Shown piece by piece: positions 26,674 through 39,481 of a stretch of 64,000 nt of DNA (position 1 is its first letter; each line of letters opens with the position of its first letter). Origin of the DNA: Octopus sinensis (taxonomy: Eukaryota); NCBI RefSeq assembly GCF_006345805.1, contig NC_043013.1, positions 55,738,001 to 55,802,000 on the forward strand, read 5' to 3'. Made by a program: the position numbers and the translations under genes. The notes under the pieces were generated by a model, which saw only the letters and a list, made by a program, of their open reading frames with translations, was not told the origin of the DNA and did not search any database.

Positions 26674-27159
26674 CTAGGCTGAGTCAAAAAGTAATGCCAT
26701 TTTGTTTAGGACGGGTATAATTACCAACACAGGAACATGTATCATACATCAAAATGAAGCTGGTCTTCTGTGGATCACATCCCTACTTCTCAACATAGTC
26801 ACCGCTTCTCTCAATAGCAATGTTCCACCTTCGAATGAGACCATGTATCCCTGCCCCATAAAATTCTGTTGACTGTTCTATGAGCCACTTCTTCACTACA
26901 GTTTTCACTTCCTTGTCACTGGACTATCATCTCTTCAGCCCCATGAAAGAGGGTTTGAGAGGCAAACATTATTCCAGTGATGAAGAAGTGGCTCAAAGAA
27001 CAGTCAACAGAATTTTACGGGGCAAGCATATATGCCCTCAAAGGTGGAACATTGCTATTGAGAGAAACGGTGGCTTTGTTGAGAAGTATGATACTCGTTC
27101 CTGTGTTGGTAATTATACCTATCCTAAACAAAATGGCATTACTTTTTGACCCACACTCG
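26674..27159. mobile_element. Mariner-derived MITE made of two inverted transposase 3' ends, TA target site
   Basis: TA at 26672-73 and 27160-61. Long imperfect inverted arms begin GTCAAAAAGTAATGCCATTTTGTTTAGGA. The right arm translates DYHLFSPMKEGLRGKHYSSDEEV...KWLKEQSTEFY (mariner C-terminus). Confidence 0.8.
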
Positions 27160-27244
27160 TATTTAAGTTTAGTACACAGTAGAGTTCTCTATAACTACTT
27201 TTCTGCATAAGCACTTCTTAAAAATTCCTGTCTTTTTCTGTTTT

Positions 27245-27632
27245 ATATATATACTAGGTCAAGGTGACCCACTCTACGCGCGGGTAAGAGTGTGGTTGTT
27301 ACTTTCTGTTGCTTCCTTTCAGCACGTAAAAAGCACCATCCGAACGTGGCCGATTGCAGCGCCGCCTTGACTGGCTTCTGTGCCGGTGGCACGTAAAAAG
27401 TACCAATCGATCGTTGCCGCTGCGAACCCCCCTGGCACCTGTGCCGGCGGCACGAAAAAAGCACCCACTACACTCACAGAGTGGTTGGCGTTAGGAAGGT
27501 CATCCACCTGTAGAAACACTGCCAGATCAGACTGGAACCTGGTGCAGCCTCCTGGCTTCCCAGACCCCGGTCACACTGTCCAACCCGTGCTAGCACGGAA
27601 AACGGACGTTAAACGATGATGATGATGATGAT
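27245..27632 (+). mobile_element. RTE 3' stub
   Basis: GCACGTAAAAAGCACCATCCGAACGTGGCC...GAGTGGTTGGCGTTAGGAAGG...GGAAAACGGACGTTAAACGATGATG. Confidence 0.85.
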
Positions 27633-27924
27633 TCTCCCTCTTTGTTTCTCTCTCCTTTCTCTCTCACTTTCCCACTCTCTTACTTTTCTTTTCTCTCGGA
27701 CTCTCCCTCGCTTTCTCTTACTCTCTATCTTTATCTATCTCTCTCCCATTTATAAACAACAGAAGATCTTGAGTAAGTTGAGAAATAAAATATTTAGAAA
27801 GATCAATCATAAATATCAGGCAGTGGCAACGGAAAGGTCTGCTTTAAGGCAGACAGCAAAACGCTAACATTTAAAAGGGACAGACGAACTTGCGAGCTGA
27901 ATAAAAATAATAAAATATTGGAAA

Positions 27925-28205
27925 CCAAAGTTTGAAGGGATAGAATCTGAGGATAGTAGAGTCACCATGGCTGGCATTTCTTAACGACGGACAGCAACGT
28001 ATTGACAGTTTAACGGCTGGCGTAAAATGTTGAACTTGATGTAAAAGAAAATTCGTAAACACCAAGTTTGAAGTGATTCTTTCTCACGACAGTAGACTCA
28101 CCATGGCAAGCATTCAAAACTTCTTTATCATGGACGGCAACACATTGATGATTAAAAGGCTGGCGCAAATTTTTTAGCTTGATGTAACAGAGAATTCTTA
28201 AACAC
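27925..28205. repeat. Diverged tandem dimer of ~140 bp, probably inside a DNA transposon remnant
   Basis: ACCAA(A)GTTTGAAG...AGTAGA(G/C)TCACCATGGC...GGCTGGCG...CTTGATGTAA occurs twice in tandem. Confidence 0.6.
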
Positions 28206-28469
28206 CCGCTCCTCTAAATTTTAATCTTCTTTGAGCCCCATTTAGACCCCTTTTCACATCTTGGTTAATATAACCCGATTTCATTCGGGTCTACTGGGGG
28301 CACATTTTATAAGATGAGGAATTTTGTCCAAGAGGTGACGCCTTTCATTTGAGGAAAAAAAATAGTTGTCATGCAAACTTGCCAGCACTTTTAACATAGG
28401 TGTGCATATTTTCAGCTGAATCGACCGACTACGTAATGCACACATTATATATATATATATGTATATATA

Positions 28470-28660
28470 TTATGTGAAATAGAAAGATGAATAATCTTGT
28501 AGTAGACTAATCAACAGTTTAACCGATACCTTAGTAGCAAAAATCACAGCAGTAAACAGCACGGTTGGAGGTACAACCATCTGGCGTTGCAACCGTGCGT
28601 TGGTGCGGATAATTGAAATTAAGACATTATCTGTTCAATCTGCGTTCAGCTCCATTTCTT
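28470..28660 (-). mobile_element. Solo pLTR terminus of the 45-48-kb PLE family, with a short internal inversion
   Basis: 28470-28630 is nearly identical to 45020-45180. 28630-28660 is the reverse complement of 45192-45222. Confidence 0.85.
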
Positions 28661-28667
28661 CTATATG

Positions 28668-28699
<32 letters not shown>

Positions 28700-29565
28700 C
28701 GTGTGTGCACGCATTATATATACAAATGTATACAAATGAGATATATATCTGTATAAACTAAATTAGAGATAAAACCACTAATAGGCAAATCAAACAGTGA
28801 AAAACCAAAAACAAAAACATTAAAAAAAATATAATATAGAAAATATATAAAATATAAAATTGAAAAATTTAAATTGTTTAAATTGAAAATAAAATTTATT
28901 AAATTATATTTATAATTTGTTTAAAAATATATATATCTATGAAAAAGTATGAAAAAGTTTAATATACATAAATACAGATAAATACACTTTGTATATATAC
29001 ATTATATATACATATTTATATATATAGAACACACACACATACATTATATATACATATTTATATATAGAACACATACACACACAGCGCGAAAAACGGACGT
29101 TAATCGATGATGATGATGATGATGATGATTTATATATAGAACACACACACACACACACACACACATAAATGAACGCAAGAATATCTGATTCATAATATTT
29201 GTTCTCATGCTCGTGTGTTGTTGGTGACAGACAGATACATAAAAGAACGCCGAAGTGATGGGAAGGTAGGGAACAGAGTGAGTGAAAAAGAGAGGAAATA
29301 GCGAGATTGATTTTAGGAAGACAGATACTTTAAATAACGGTAGTGGAGTTGTCAAAGTTATAATTGAAGGGGAGTGAGAGGGTAATGAAGGAAATAGCGT
29401 GAGTGAGGAAGATGGCCCCTAACAACCACACCTTTTAAGATTGGGATTTCTAAGGTAGCCCACGGGCATCGTCACCTCATTCTACATGTCCCTGTAAATT
29501 TTGGATCGAATCGGACGGGATGTAGTGGCATTGAAAGCGATCCAAGCGGTAAAAACGCATTTCAG

Positions 29566-29622
<57 letters not shown>

Positions 29623-29744
29623 TGTATACACACACACACACACACAATCGCACACAAACATATACATATATGTGTGTATGTATGTATGTATGTATGTATG
29701 TATGTATGTATGTATGTATGTATGTATGTATGTGTGTGTATATA

Positions 29745-32700
29745 ATATCGGGAGTACCCTAACTTCAAACAGAGAAAGGATAAATCACTACCCACAGGAT
29801 AGACGCTGCAACCTCCCCTCACAAAAAAAGAGTTACCAACGAAATTTTCGTTCCAACAACCTGCCAAACAACCATGCACAACAAACCCGCAACACACGCA
29901 ATAATTACCAACGACGGCCCTCTAAAACGCCACACCCGAATATGGGATATCAGGACACATTTTTCGATACTGTTCCAAGAACACACACCATAAATTACAA
30001 CAGGGCACCCCGCAACAACAAGGAACAACTACATAATAGCTTCCATCCCAACCACCGCAATCATTTTTTAGACCCAATACGCAAACACAGAGACACAAGA
30101 TAGCACCAAACAAGCAGGAGGAACCAAAAGTGATCAAAATTATCAATCTAATTCACAAGGAACTAACAGCAAACCAAATCAATATACTCTCCAAAGGACT
30201 CAAGTTTACACCCACCCCGCAACACCCCAACTACAATGAAATGAAAGAAGACATCGCAGAATTCTGTAGAAAATTACGACGTACTGAGGAGCTATACGAC
30301 AAATACAACGAGTACGAATCGTTGGTCAGAAATAGGAGTAACTACACCCCCCCCCAAAGGTAAGAACAAAACACTTGATCATTTCTGTGAACACATCTCG
30401 AATTACCCATATCAACATATGCACAAACAAAAACACAAACCAAATTTCAGCAAAAAAGAATGGGCTGAGCTGAACAAATTAAAAAATGACAAAACAACAA
30501 TCAAAGAGGCCGATAAAGGGAGTGCAATTGTCTTAATGGACACAGTATACTTTATAACTTTAGTACTATCCATGTTGGAAGACACAACATATTAAGAAAA
30601 GGCCCAAAACTACAGTCAGCAAAAAATAAAGAGAGAACTAAAATCAATGTTAAACCCATACAAAGAAGGGCTCATCGACAAAGAATATGACTATATGACC
30701 AATTTCACAAGTAAAACCAGCCAATTCTACGGTATTCCCAAGATACACAAAAGTGAGAAAATAAGTAACGCATGCAAGATAGCCACGGACAAAATAATTA
30801 AAGTCTCTAATCCTAATGACCTCACATTGAGACCTATAATAACAGGTCCCGCATGCGAAACCCACCTCCTCAGTAACTTTTTTAGATGCCCTCTTAAAAC
30901 CACTCCTCAAACATGTCAAAAGCTATATAGGGGACGACCTGGATATGCTCAATCACCTGCCTAATACTATAAACAAAAACACCCTACTAGTATCCTTCGA
31001 TGTAGTCAACCTCTATTCCAATATCCCTCACAACCTAGGAATAGAGGCAATTCAATTCTGGCTAGAGAATCACGCCAACGAACTCCCACATCGCATCAAA
31101 AAAGAATTTGTGATAGAAGGTCTAAAATTCATCCTGGAAAATAACTACTTCGCCTTCAAAGACAACTTCTACCGACAAAAGTCGGGGACTGCGATGGGTA
31201 CGCAAATGGCCCCTCCTTTGCTAACCTAGTCATGGGATATCTAGAAATCAGTCTCTATCGTAAGGTTCTAGAAAGATACGGTAGCGCTTTCTCCCTCAAC
31301 ATAGAAAACAACTGGAAGAGATACCTAGATGACTTTTTCATTCTTTGGCATGAAAATATAGAGAAACTTAAAGAATTCCAAGCACTTTTAAATGGACTTG
31401 ACGTAAACATCCAATTCACGATGGAATATAGCCAGCAACAACTCCCCTTCCTCGACATTCTCATTAAGAAATCTAATAACGTAATAGAAACAGATATATA
31501 CTACAAGCCTACGGATTCCAAGCTATATCTTCCATTCAATTCATGCGACCCCAAACACACCAGAATGAATATCCCCTTCAATCTAGCAAAAAGGATATGT
31601 ACTATAGTTTCTAATGCAAACACCAGAGACACACGACTACATGAACTAAAGGATACATTCACTCATCACCAGGAACTACCCACCTTCACTAATTGACATA
31701 TGCATGCAACGTGCCCTTCAACTTAACATCCAGAAACTCAGACATCCCAAATTAAAGAAAAATGTATAACCAAAAGCCTTACCATACATCTCCACACACA
31801 ACCCTCTCAACAATGAGGCCTTCGACACCATCCTCCAAAACACACCCCTGCTAAAAAAGGACCACAGAATGAACTTAATCCTCCAAACACACACCATCAT
31901 AAAAAGTAAGAGACAGCCCAAATCTATGAAAAGTCTCTTAACACAAGCCCAAATACGCTCAACAACACAGAAGCCGTCAGTAAAAAAATATGGAGGACCC
32001 AATTGTGGGATATGCGATTATCTAATTGAGGGATCAGAGTTCTCCTTCAAACAGGGACAACGTTTCACAGTGAAAAGCAACTTCACATGTGCTTCGGAGA
32101 ATCTGATATACACACTAACCTGCTCTGGGTGTCAAGAGCAATATATAGGCCAAACAAAAAATAGTTTACCTTAAAGAATGGCCCTGCACAGATCCCAGAT
32201 AAAAATTCTCCAAAACAGAAAAATAGCATTCATCCAACACATCGACATTTGTGCCAACAACAATACACCAAGCTTCAGAATTTCTCCCCTCTACCATTTC
32301 AGGGACGATACAACCTGGAGCCAACGAATTAGTAAAAAAAACTCTCTTTATTACAAAATACAGGCCCCTTCTGAACGCGTCTACGACAAACGACATATCC
32401 ACCTCGGCCTTAGAATAACACAAATACACACGCAAATATTAAAGATGATACACTCAAGAGATTCTTTCTTCTTCGTCCTCTTCTTCTTCTTCTTCTTCTT
32501 CTTCTTCTTCTTCTTCTTCTTCTTCTTCTTCTTCTTCTTCTTCTTCTTCTTCTTCTTCTTCTTCTTCCTAACTTAATCACTAATGCTCTTTAGAATAACA
32601 CCTACGCAAATTCTATAAAACAAAACATTCTAAAGAAATATTTTCATGAATTGAACAGGGACTGCTACCATCCACTGACCATTCAAAATGCTACTATCAT

Positions 32701-33040
32701 GACACTCCCAAATTCTTCTCCTTCTTATTCCCCTTCTCCTCTTTCCTGTTTTTTCTTCTTCTTCCCTACAAAGAATTCACAAGGACCTCGAACCCACAAG
32801 AGTAAACAAGAGAGATAGAGACAGGCAGAAACAAGGAGAATGCCACTTGTATTTGAACACTATACAAATATTCTTTTTTAAAAAAATACTTTTCTTCTAA
32901 TTTTTCTAAATTTAATTATTTATATAAATATTTATATAAATATTAATAAATATTACAGTTGAAAAAATCTCAATGACTGAAACCGGTACTGAAATGTTTT
33001 TTATAAAATTGTTTTAGCATTTTCTATCTTGACTTTTTTT
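29745..33040 (+). mobile_element. Near full-length, pseudogenised Penelope-like element (Neptune-like)
   Basis: RT and GIY-YIG motifs in order, then a (CTT)n tract and an AT-rich 3' region with a decayed hammerhead-like motif at 32956-32991 (cag TTGAAAA...GAAAC-CG-GTA ctg). Confidence 0.9.
30130..32400 (+). pseudogene. PLE reverse transcriptase plus GIY-YIG, fragmented by stops and frameshifts
   Basis: LSKGLKFTPTP; IKEADKGSAIV; FYGIPKIHK; LRPII; LVSFDVVNLYSNIP; YRQKSGTAMG; WKRYLDD; LPFLDI; TDIYYKPTD; then a Cys-rich linker (NCGIC...FTC) and NLIYTLTCSGCQEQYIGQT. The Cys-rich linker suggests Neptune (inference). Confidence 0.9.
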
Positions 33041-33061
33041 CCATATATATATATATATATA

Positions 33062-34335
33062 TATCATCTTCATCATCATCATCATCATCATCGTTTAACG
33101 GCCGTTTTCCATCCTAGCATGGGTTAGATGGTGCGAGCGAAGTCTGGGAAGCCAGGAGGCTGCACCAGGCATCAGTCTGATCTGGCAGTGTTTCTACAGC
33201 TGGATGCCCTTCCTAACGCCAACCACTCCAAGTGTGTAGTGGGTACTTTTTACGTTCCACTGGCGTGGAAGCCAGTCAAGGCGGCACTGGCATTGGCCAC
33301 GTTTGGATGGTGCTTTTTACGTGCCACCATTTGATTTATATTTTGATATTGATATTCTTGACTCAATAGGTCTCCTCAAGCACAGCAGGTTGCCCTACGA
33401 TCCAAGCTAAGCACAGCAGGCCGTTGTACGATTCAAGGTACTTTGGATGGGCTGGGGCTGTTATGTGAAGCTGGTGCAGGAAACAACCATGAAATCACGT
33501 TATTTGTTGGGTCTTCGCTGTCACAGCATATCTCCAGATGTCTCGGTCTTTTGTCATTGCCTCTGTGAGGCCTAATATTCGAAGGTCAAACATCACCACC
33601 TCATCCCATGTCTCCCTGGGTCTATCTCTACCCCGGATTCCTTCAACTGTTTAGGAGTGGCACTTCTTCACACATCTCTCCTCACCCACCCACAGTACAT
33701 GACCATACCGGCGCAAACGTCTCTCTTGCACGCCACATCCAATGCTTCTTATGTCCAACATTTCTGTCAGGGTGCTTACACGCTGTCGTGTGTGCACACT
33801 GGCATTACACATCCAGCGGATCATGCTAGATTCATTTCTTTCAAGCCTACACATGTCCTCCACAGTCACGGCCTATGCTTCACTGCCGCGAAGCATGGCA
33901 GTTCGCCCACATGCATCATACAATCTACCTTTCACTCTGAGTGAGAGACCCTTTGTCACCAGTAGGGGTAGAAACTTTCTAAACTTTCCCCAGGCTATTT
34001 TTCTAGTGGTAACACTCTCTGAGCATCCACCTCCACTACTAACTTGGTCACCAAGGTAGCAGAAACTATCAACTACTTCTAGTTTCGCCCCCTGGGGTGT
34101 GATGGAATCTGTTTTCTGAGTATCTGTGGTGTCTATTGTCCCTGTGCATCTGCCGCACATGAAAGCTATCTTCTCGGTTAATTTTCCTTTGATGTTGCTG
34201 CACCTCTTATGTGTCCATAGCTTACACTGGGTACATCTTATGGAGTTTCTACCTACACCTTTTCTACAGATCGAGTAGGGCCACCTACCTGAATTCACCT
34301 TCCTACTTACTACAACTTTGGCCTTTCATACATTG
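33062..34335 (-). mobile_element. Older 5'-truncated RTE LINE copy
   Basis: ORF pieces [22 protein letters not shown]...LEVVDSFCYLGD and [13 protein letters not shown], then a 3'UTR ending in (GAT)n. Confidence 0.9.
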
Positions 34336-34382
34336 ACTCTGATATATATATTATTATCTATGTTATATATATATATATATAT

Positions 34383-34532
34383 AAAGGAAATGAAGAAAAT
34401 GCTGACAAAATAATTTAAGTAGGGGAGAGTGTATTTAATTAGGTGAAAGTTCTTTTCAAAAAGAACTTTCACCTAATTAAATACACTCTCCCCTACTTAA
34501 ATTATTTTGTCAGCATTTTCTTCATTTCCTTT
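34383..34532. repeat. Perfect 74-bp-arm palindrome with a 2-nt loop
   Basis: AAAGGAAATGAAG...GAAAGTTCTTTT-ca-AAAAGAACTTTC...CTTCATTTCCTTT. Confidence 0.95.
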
Positions 34533-34573
34533 TTTTATATATCACAACTCGTGTTCCACATCTCCTTTTCTAA

Positions 34574-34618
<45 letters not shown>

Positions 34619-34847
34619 TATACAAATTGAGATAGGGGTTGTAAATGCAACCCTCCATGGGATAACATATATCCCATATTACTCTTTTATGTACACTTTT
34701 TATGTACATTCCTTTATGTACACTGATTTGTTCTGCTTTTTTATGTTTAACCCTAAGTCTCTTATGTGGTGTTTTAATAAAGTATGTGATTGAGTATTAT
34801 CTGGTAATTGATATTTGATTTAGATTTATTTCTCCATTTTCTTATCT

Positions 34848-34899
<52 letters not shown>

Positions 34900-35088
34900 C
34901 TATGTTAGTTATATATTATATATATAGTTATCTATAAATATATATATATATATATCATCTATGTTAGTTAAGGTAAATCCCAGCTGTTTCCTCTTGAACA
35001 TGTAAATCTTAGTGATTCCTATTAGCATATGAAACACATGTAATGGAGAATAAATAATAATAATAAAATATTTCCATATTCCAGTTTT

Positions 35089-35130
<42 letters not shown>

Positions 35131-35797
35131 TATTTTGTTTGTATGCCTGTGTATATATATATGTACAATATAAAGCAGCAATGGTAGTGTATAATTGAAA
35201 GTATGTACCAGAATATATGCCAGAACATTTTAAAATGGCATTAGAGAATAGAGTATTTCAGTTCCCACTTTCTGTATGAAACCAAAGACTGATAACACAT
35301 ATAAAGACACATCTAAAACGTTCTCTGTTTTCTAATCTTGTAATAATGACACCAGGCTTTCTATTGAATTCCTATCAATGAAAGGAATTATATTTTATTT
35401 TACTTTTCCATCAGTTTCTTTTTGTTTAACAGCAATTTTATGGCCTATGCCACAGACCTGTAAATAACCTATTTAATAATTAATACATACTGATGTATAA
35501 TGACTACAAACACTGTTCATAGCTCCAAGTTATCTTTGTATTGGTGTAAATAATTAGATCTCTGTCAAAAGGAAGATTAAAACTTTAGAGTTTCAAGTGG
35601 AACTTTTCGGCATAATGTAATGTTATATGTTGGTATTTAATGAATATTGTAACAGCCAAGTTAACTTTAATGAATTTAATGCACAAAATAATAATAACTT
35701 AAGATAAAGAGTCAAAGTTCATTTCTTGTCCATTGACTCGTTAAGCCAAAACTTATTCTAGTTTCTACACTGTGCCAGCAGCTGAGTCACAAGACTA

Positions 35798-36035
35798 ATC
35801 ATCATCATCATTTAGCGTCCGTTTTCCATGCTGGCATGGGTTGGACGGTTTGACTGAGGTCTCGAGAGCCAGCAGCTGCACCAGGCTCCAATCTGATCTG
35901 GCAGAGTTTCTACAGCCCTTCCTAATGCCAACCACTCCGAGAGTGCAGTGAGATCTTTTTACGTGCCACCGGCACGGGAGCCAGTCAAGGGGTACTGGAT
36001 TGGCCACATTCAGATGGTGCTTTCTACATACCACC
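35798..36035 (-). mobile_element. RTE 3' stub
   Basis: (CAT)n TTAGCGTCCGTTTTCCATGCTGGCATGGGTTGGACGG. Confidence 0.8.
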
Positions 36036-37107
36036 AGCATTATAAGGAAAACTAAATTTCCCAAAGATGAGTATTTTCATTTCTGAAGCTGGTGTATGGA
36101 GAACAAGTGTGGATGTTATAATAGACAGACATCTGAAGCAGTTAGGTAAAGTCTACCACACACTACCAAGTGCTGCTGCTACTAGTAGTTGTGGCTTAGT
36201 GTTTGCTGTCTATATCACATCTCACAAGCTATATTCTTTCTAATAATTCCGGTGACAGGTGGTAATTCTTATTCAAAGTACTTTAGATTAAACTTGGATC
36301 TTCTAGCAAAAAATGAAAGATACAATGATTATTAAAATTGCAATATTTGAAAGTAGCAGGTATTTAACTCCAATATATAATAACCATGTTATTAATACTC
36401 GCCTGACACTTGCCAATAAAAACGTAATTGTTTTTCTAATTACCAAAGTTACATGAAAGTCAAATTCAAAAACATTTTTTACTCACGCAGGCTCTAAATT
36501 ATATATTTCAAAAGTTTATATTTATAAGAGTATATAATATTAACACACAGACGCTGATTGAAATGTCACGTTAAGATAATTAATTTCAATCATGTTGGCT
36601 ATTTCAAAGGAACATCTCTTTGTTTAATGATTAACAGTTGTCTTTTATTGACTGTGTTCATTGGGTTGCATCTATAGTGTGACACTACATTCAATGGAGT
36701 TTAGTCAGTTTTATTGGCTCTCATGCTTTGCATGGTAAATATTTTATCACTCTCCACTTACTGAATAGCTATGTTCATGTCACTTGCCAGATAAAATAGT
36801 ACAAGGTATTATTTTTGACACATTGATTTACTGGCCATTCCTTTACTCTCCCTCACACACACACACACACACATGCATTTAGAGCCAGTGACATGATATG
36901 GTGCAGCCAACAGAATCTGTAAAGTAGCTGGTGTTAGGAAAAGCATCCAGTCAAGGAAACTAAACAAAAGAAACATATAATAATGTATGTGTGTGTGTAT
37001 ATATATATATATTTATATATATATATATACACACACACACATATATATATATTTATAAAAAAGAAGTTTGAAAACGCCACTATATAAGATGAACTTTAAT
37101 TTTCAAA

Positions 37108-37343
37108 AATATTTTAAAAAGTTAAGTGTAATAAAAAGTTCATAATTGTTTCTTACTAGTCTCAACAGAATCCACGTGGTGGTTTTTTTGTGTGTGGGGA
37201 GCATAATAGCTGTCTTGTGTGTTGACTAGATTCCTTGGCTATGCTCCCCGCCCACACAAAAAACCACCACGTGGATTCTGTTGAGACTAGTAAGAAACAA
37301 TTATGAACTTTTTTATTACACTTAACTTTTTAAAATATTTTTG
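37108..37343. repeat. ~97-bp near-perfect inverted repeat with ~35-nt spacer, pLTR-like
   Basis: The left arm ...GTTTCTTACTAGTCTCAACAGAATCCACGTGGTGG...GGGGAGCATA mirrors the right arm TATGCTCCCC...CCACCACGTGGATTCTGTTGAGACTAGTAAGAAACAATT. Confidence 0.9.
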
Positions 37344-37569
37344 ATGAGGTTCGTTTTTTTAAGAACTGAAACATGAAATTTCTAAGAATTTTTTATAAAT
37401 ATATACCCACTTGTATACCAACTACACTTATTATAAATATATATATACATATATAAATATATATATATATAGATATATACATATATATATATATAGATAT
37501 ATACATATATATATAGATATATACAAATATATATATATATAGATATATACATATATATATAGATATATA

Positions 37570-38624
37570 CATTATATATAAGGGCTTAGTAAAATAAATT
37601 ACTTTGCCACATACTGAACTCATTAGAAATAGCAGCTAAAGAAATTTCTTCAGCTATTTCTAATACTTAAAGAAGATCTCTCTCAGATAGTGTTTGCCTA
37701 AACTAACTCACAAAAGTATGGGGGAAAAAACATTAAAAAATCAAGTGCAAAGGTTATTTGAGAACGTACGTTTCTAGATTAGTCAATTCGACATTTCTTT
37801 CTTCAGCTCAGAATTCCTTGAATCGGATTTGGGAACACTGTAGGCAAACACTATCTGAGAGAGATCTTCTTTAAGTATTAGAAATAGCTGAAGAAATTTC
37901 TTTAGCTGCTATTTCTGATGAGTTCAGTATGTGGCAAAGTAATTTATTTTACTAAGCCCTTATATATAATGTAATATTTTGAATTCGCCTATAATGGTCC
38001 CTTTACATACTGAATACTTGGTGAAATTGATTAATAATTAATTAATTTTACCCTCAATTGTTGAAATTATAATTCATCTCTCTCTGCTAAATGCTGCGGT
38101 TTTCACCGTTAATACATGGTGTTTGTCAATTTTAACCCACGCTGGTGGAGAGGGGAGAGCAGAAATTCTTCGCTTGCATATTCGAATTTGATAGCACTTT
38201 TAGTTCGAGCAGAATTCTAGAGGTGATTAGAAGCCGAAAGGGTATGCTCCCGACTTTCAGTGTTCCCAAATCCGATTCAAGGAATTCTGAGCTGAAGAAA
38301 GAAATGTCGAATTGACTAATCTAGAAACGTACGTTCTCAAATAACCTTTGCACTTGATTTTTTAATGTTTTTTCCCCCATACTTTTGTGAGTTAGTTTAG
38401 GCAAACACTATCTGAGAGAGATCTTTAAGTATTAGAAATAGCTGAAGAAATTTCTTTAGCTGCTATTTCTAATGAGTTCAGTATGTGGCAAAGTAATTTA
38501 TTTTACTAAGCCCTTATATATAATGTAATATTTTGAATTCGCCTATAATGGTCCCTTTACATCCTGAATACTTGGTGAAATTGATTAATAATTAATTAAT
38601 TTTACCCTCAATTGTTGAAATTAT
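37570..38624 (+). mobile_element. PLE pLTR in inverted plus tandem arrangement
   Basis: 37570-37840 is the reverse complement of ~38258-38526. 37841-38070 is a direct copy of 38398-38624. It contains a hammerhead-like motif. Confidence 0.9.
38288..38339 (+). ncRNA. Type I hammerhead-like motif with imperfect stem II (inverted copy at 37759-37810)
   Basis: TGAG-CTGAAGA-aagaaatgtc-gaatt-gactaatcta-GAAAC-GTAC-GTT-CTCA; palindromic AACGTACGTT in stem III. Confidence 0.55.
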
Positions 38625-38820
38625 ATAGATATATACATATATATATAGATATATACAAATATATATATATATAGATATATACATATATCTATATATATAG
38701 ATATATACATATATATATATAGATATATACATATATATATATATAGATAGATATATACATATATATATATATAGATATATACATATATATATATATAGAT
38801 ATATTCATATATATATATAG

Positions 38821-38895
<75 letters not shown>

Positions 38896-38900
38896 CATAT

Positions 38901-39481
38901 GGAGTTGGTTATTCTACCACTAATAATGTTGGTAACATTATTTCTTCATTTAATAAATATAAACTGAATAATTTTTATAAAAAGAAATTATTTGATAATA
39001 ATATTAATAATGATAAGACTTATATTAATTGTACATGTAGAGATAAATCTAATTGTATATTAAATAATAATTGTGATATTAACGATGTAGTGTATAAATG
39101 TATAGTTACATTACATGATAATAACTTTAAGAATAATAATTACCCAAAAGCGGTTTATATAGGTTCTACTTCTCAAAAATAAAACTAAGAATCGCACAAC
39201 ATATGAATTCTTTTAAAAATAAAAACTTAATCAACTCAACCGGACTTAGTAAGTACATTTGGAGTCTTAAATCACTAAATATTAATTATAGTTTAATTTG
39301 GGAAATAATTTGTAAAACTAAATCATATACTATAGGAGCTAATTGTTGTTATTTATGCTCTAATGAGTTTAAAGAAATTTTATTTTATAAGTATGATAAT
39401 TTACTTAATACTGGTGAAGAGCGCAAAATAAAATGCAGACATAAGTTACTTTACCTATATAATAAGTTTCATGATAAATAG
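38901..39481 (+). pseudogene. GIY-YIG endonuclease domain with one 1-nt frameshift at ~39180
   Basis: [17 protein letters not shown]...CTCRDKSNCILNNNCDINDVVYKC...VYIGSTSQK / LRIAQHMNSFKNK...STGLSKYIWSLK...CYLCSNE...LLNTGEERKIKCRH. Confidence 0.85.

Noticed and set aside
34990-35050. Decayed hammerhead-like TTGAACA...GAAAC-ACAT-GTA
   Set aside because: The core has two substitutions and stem II does not pair; at most a fossil.
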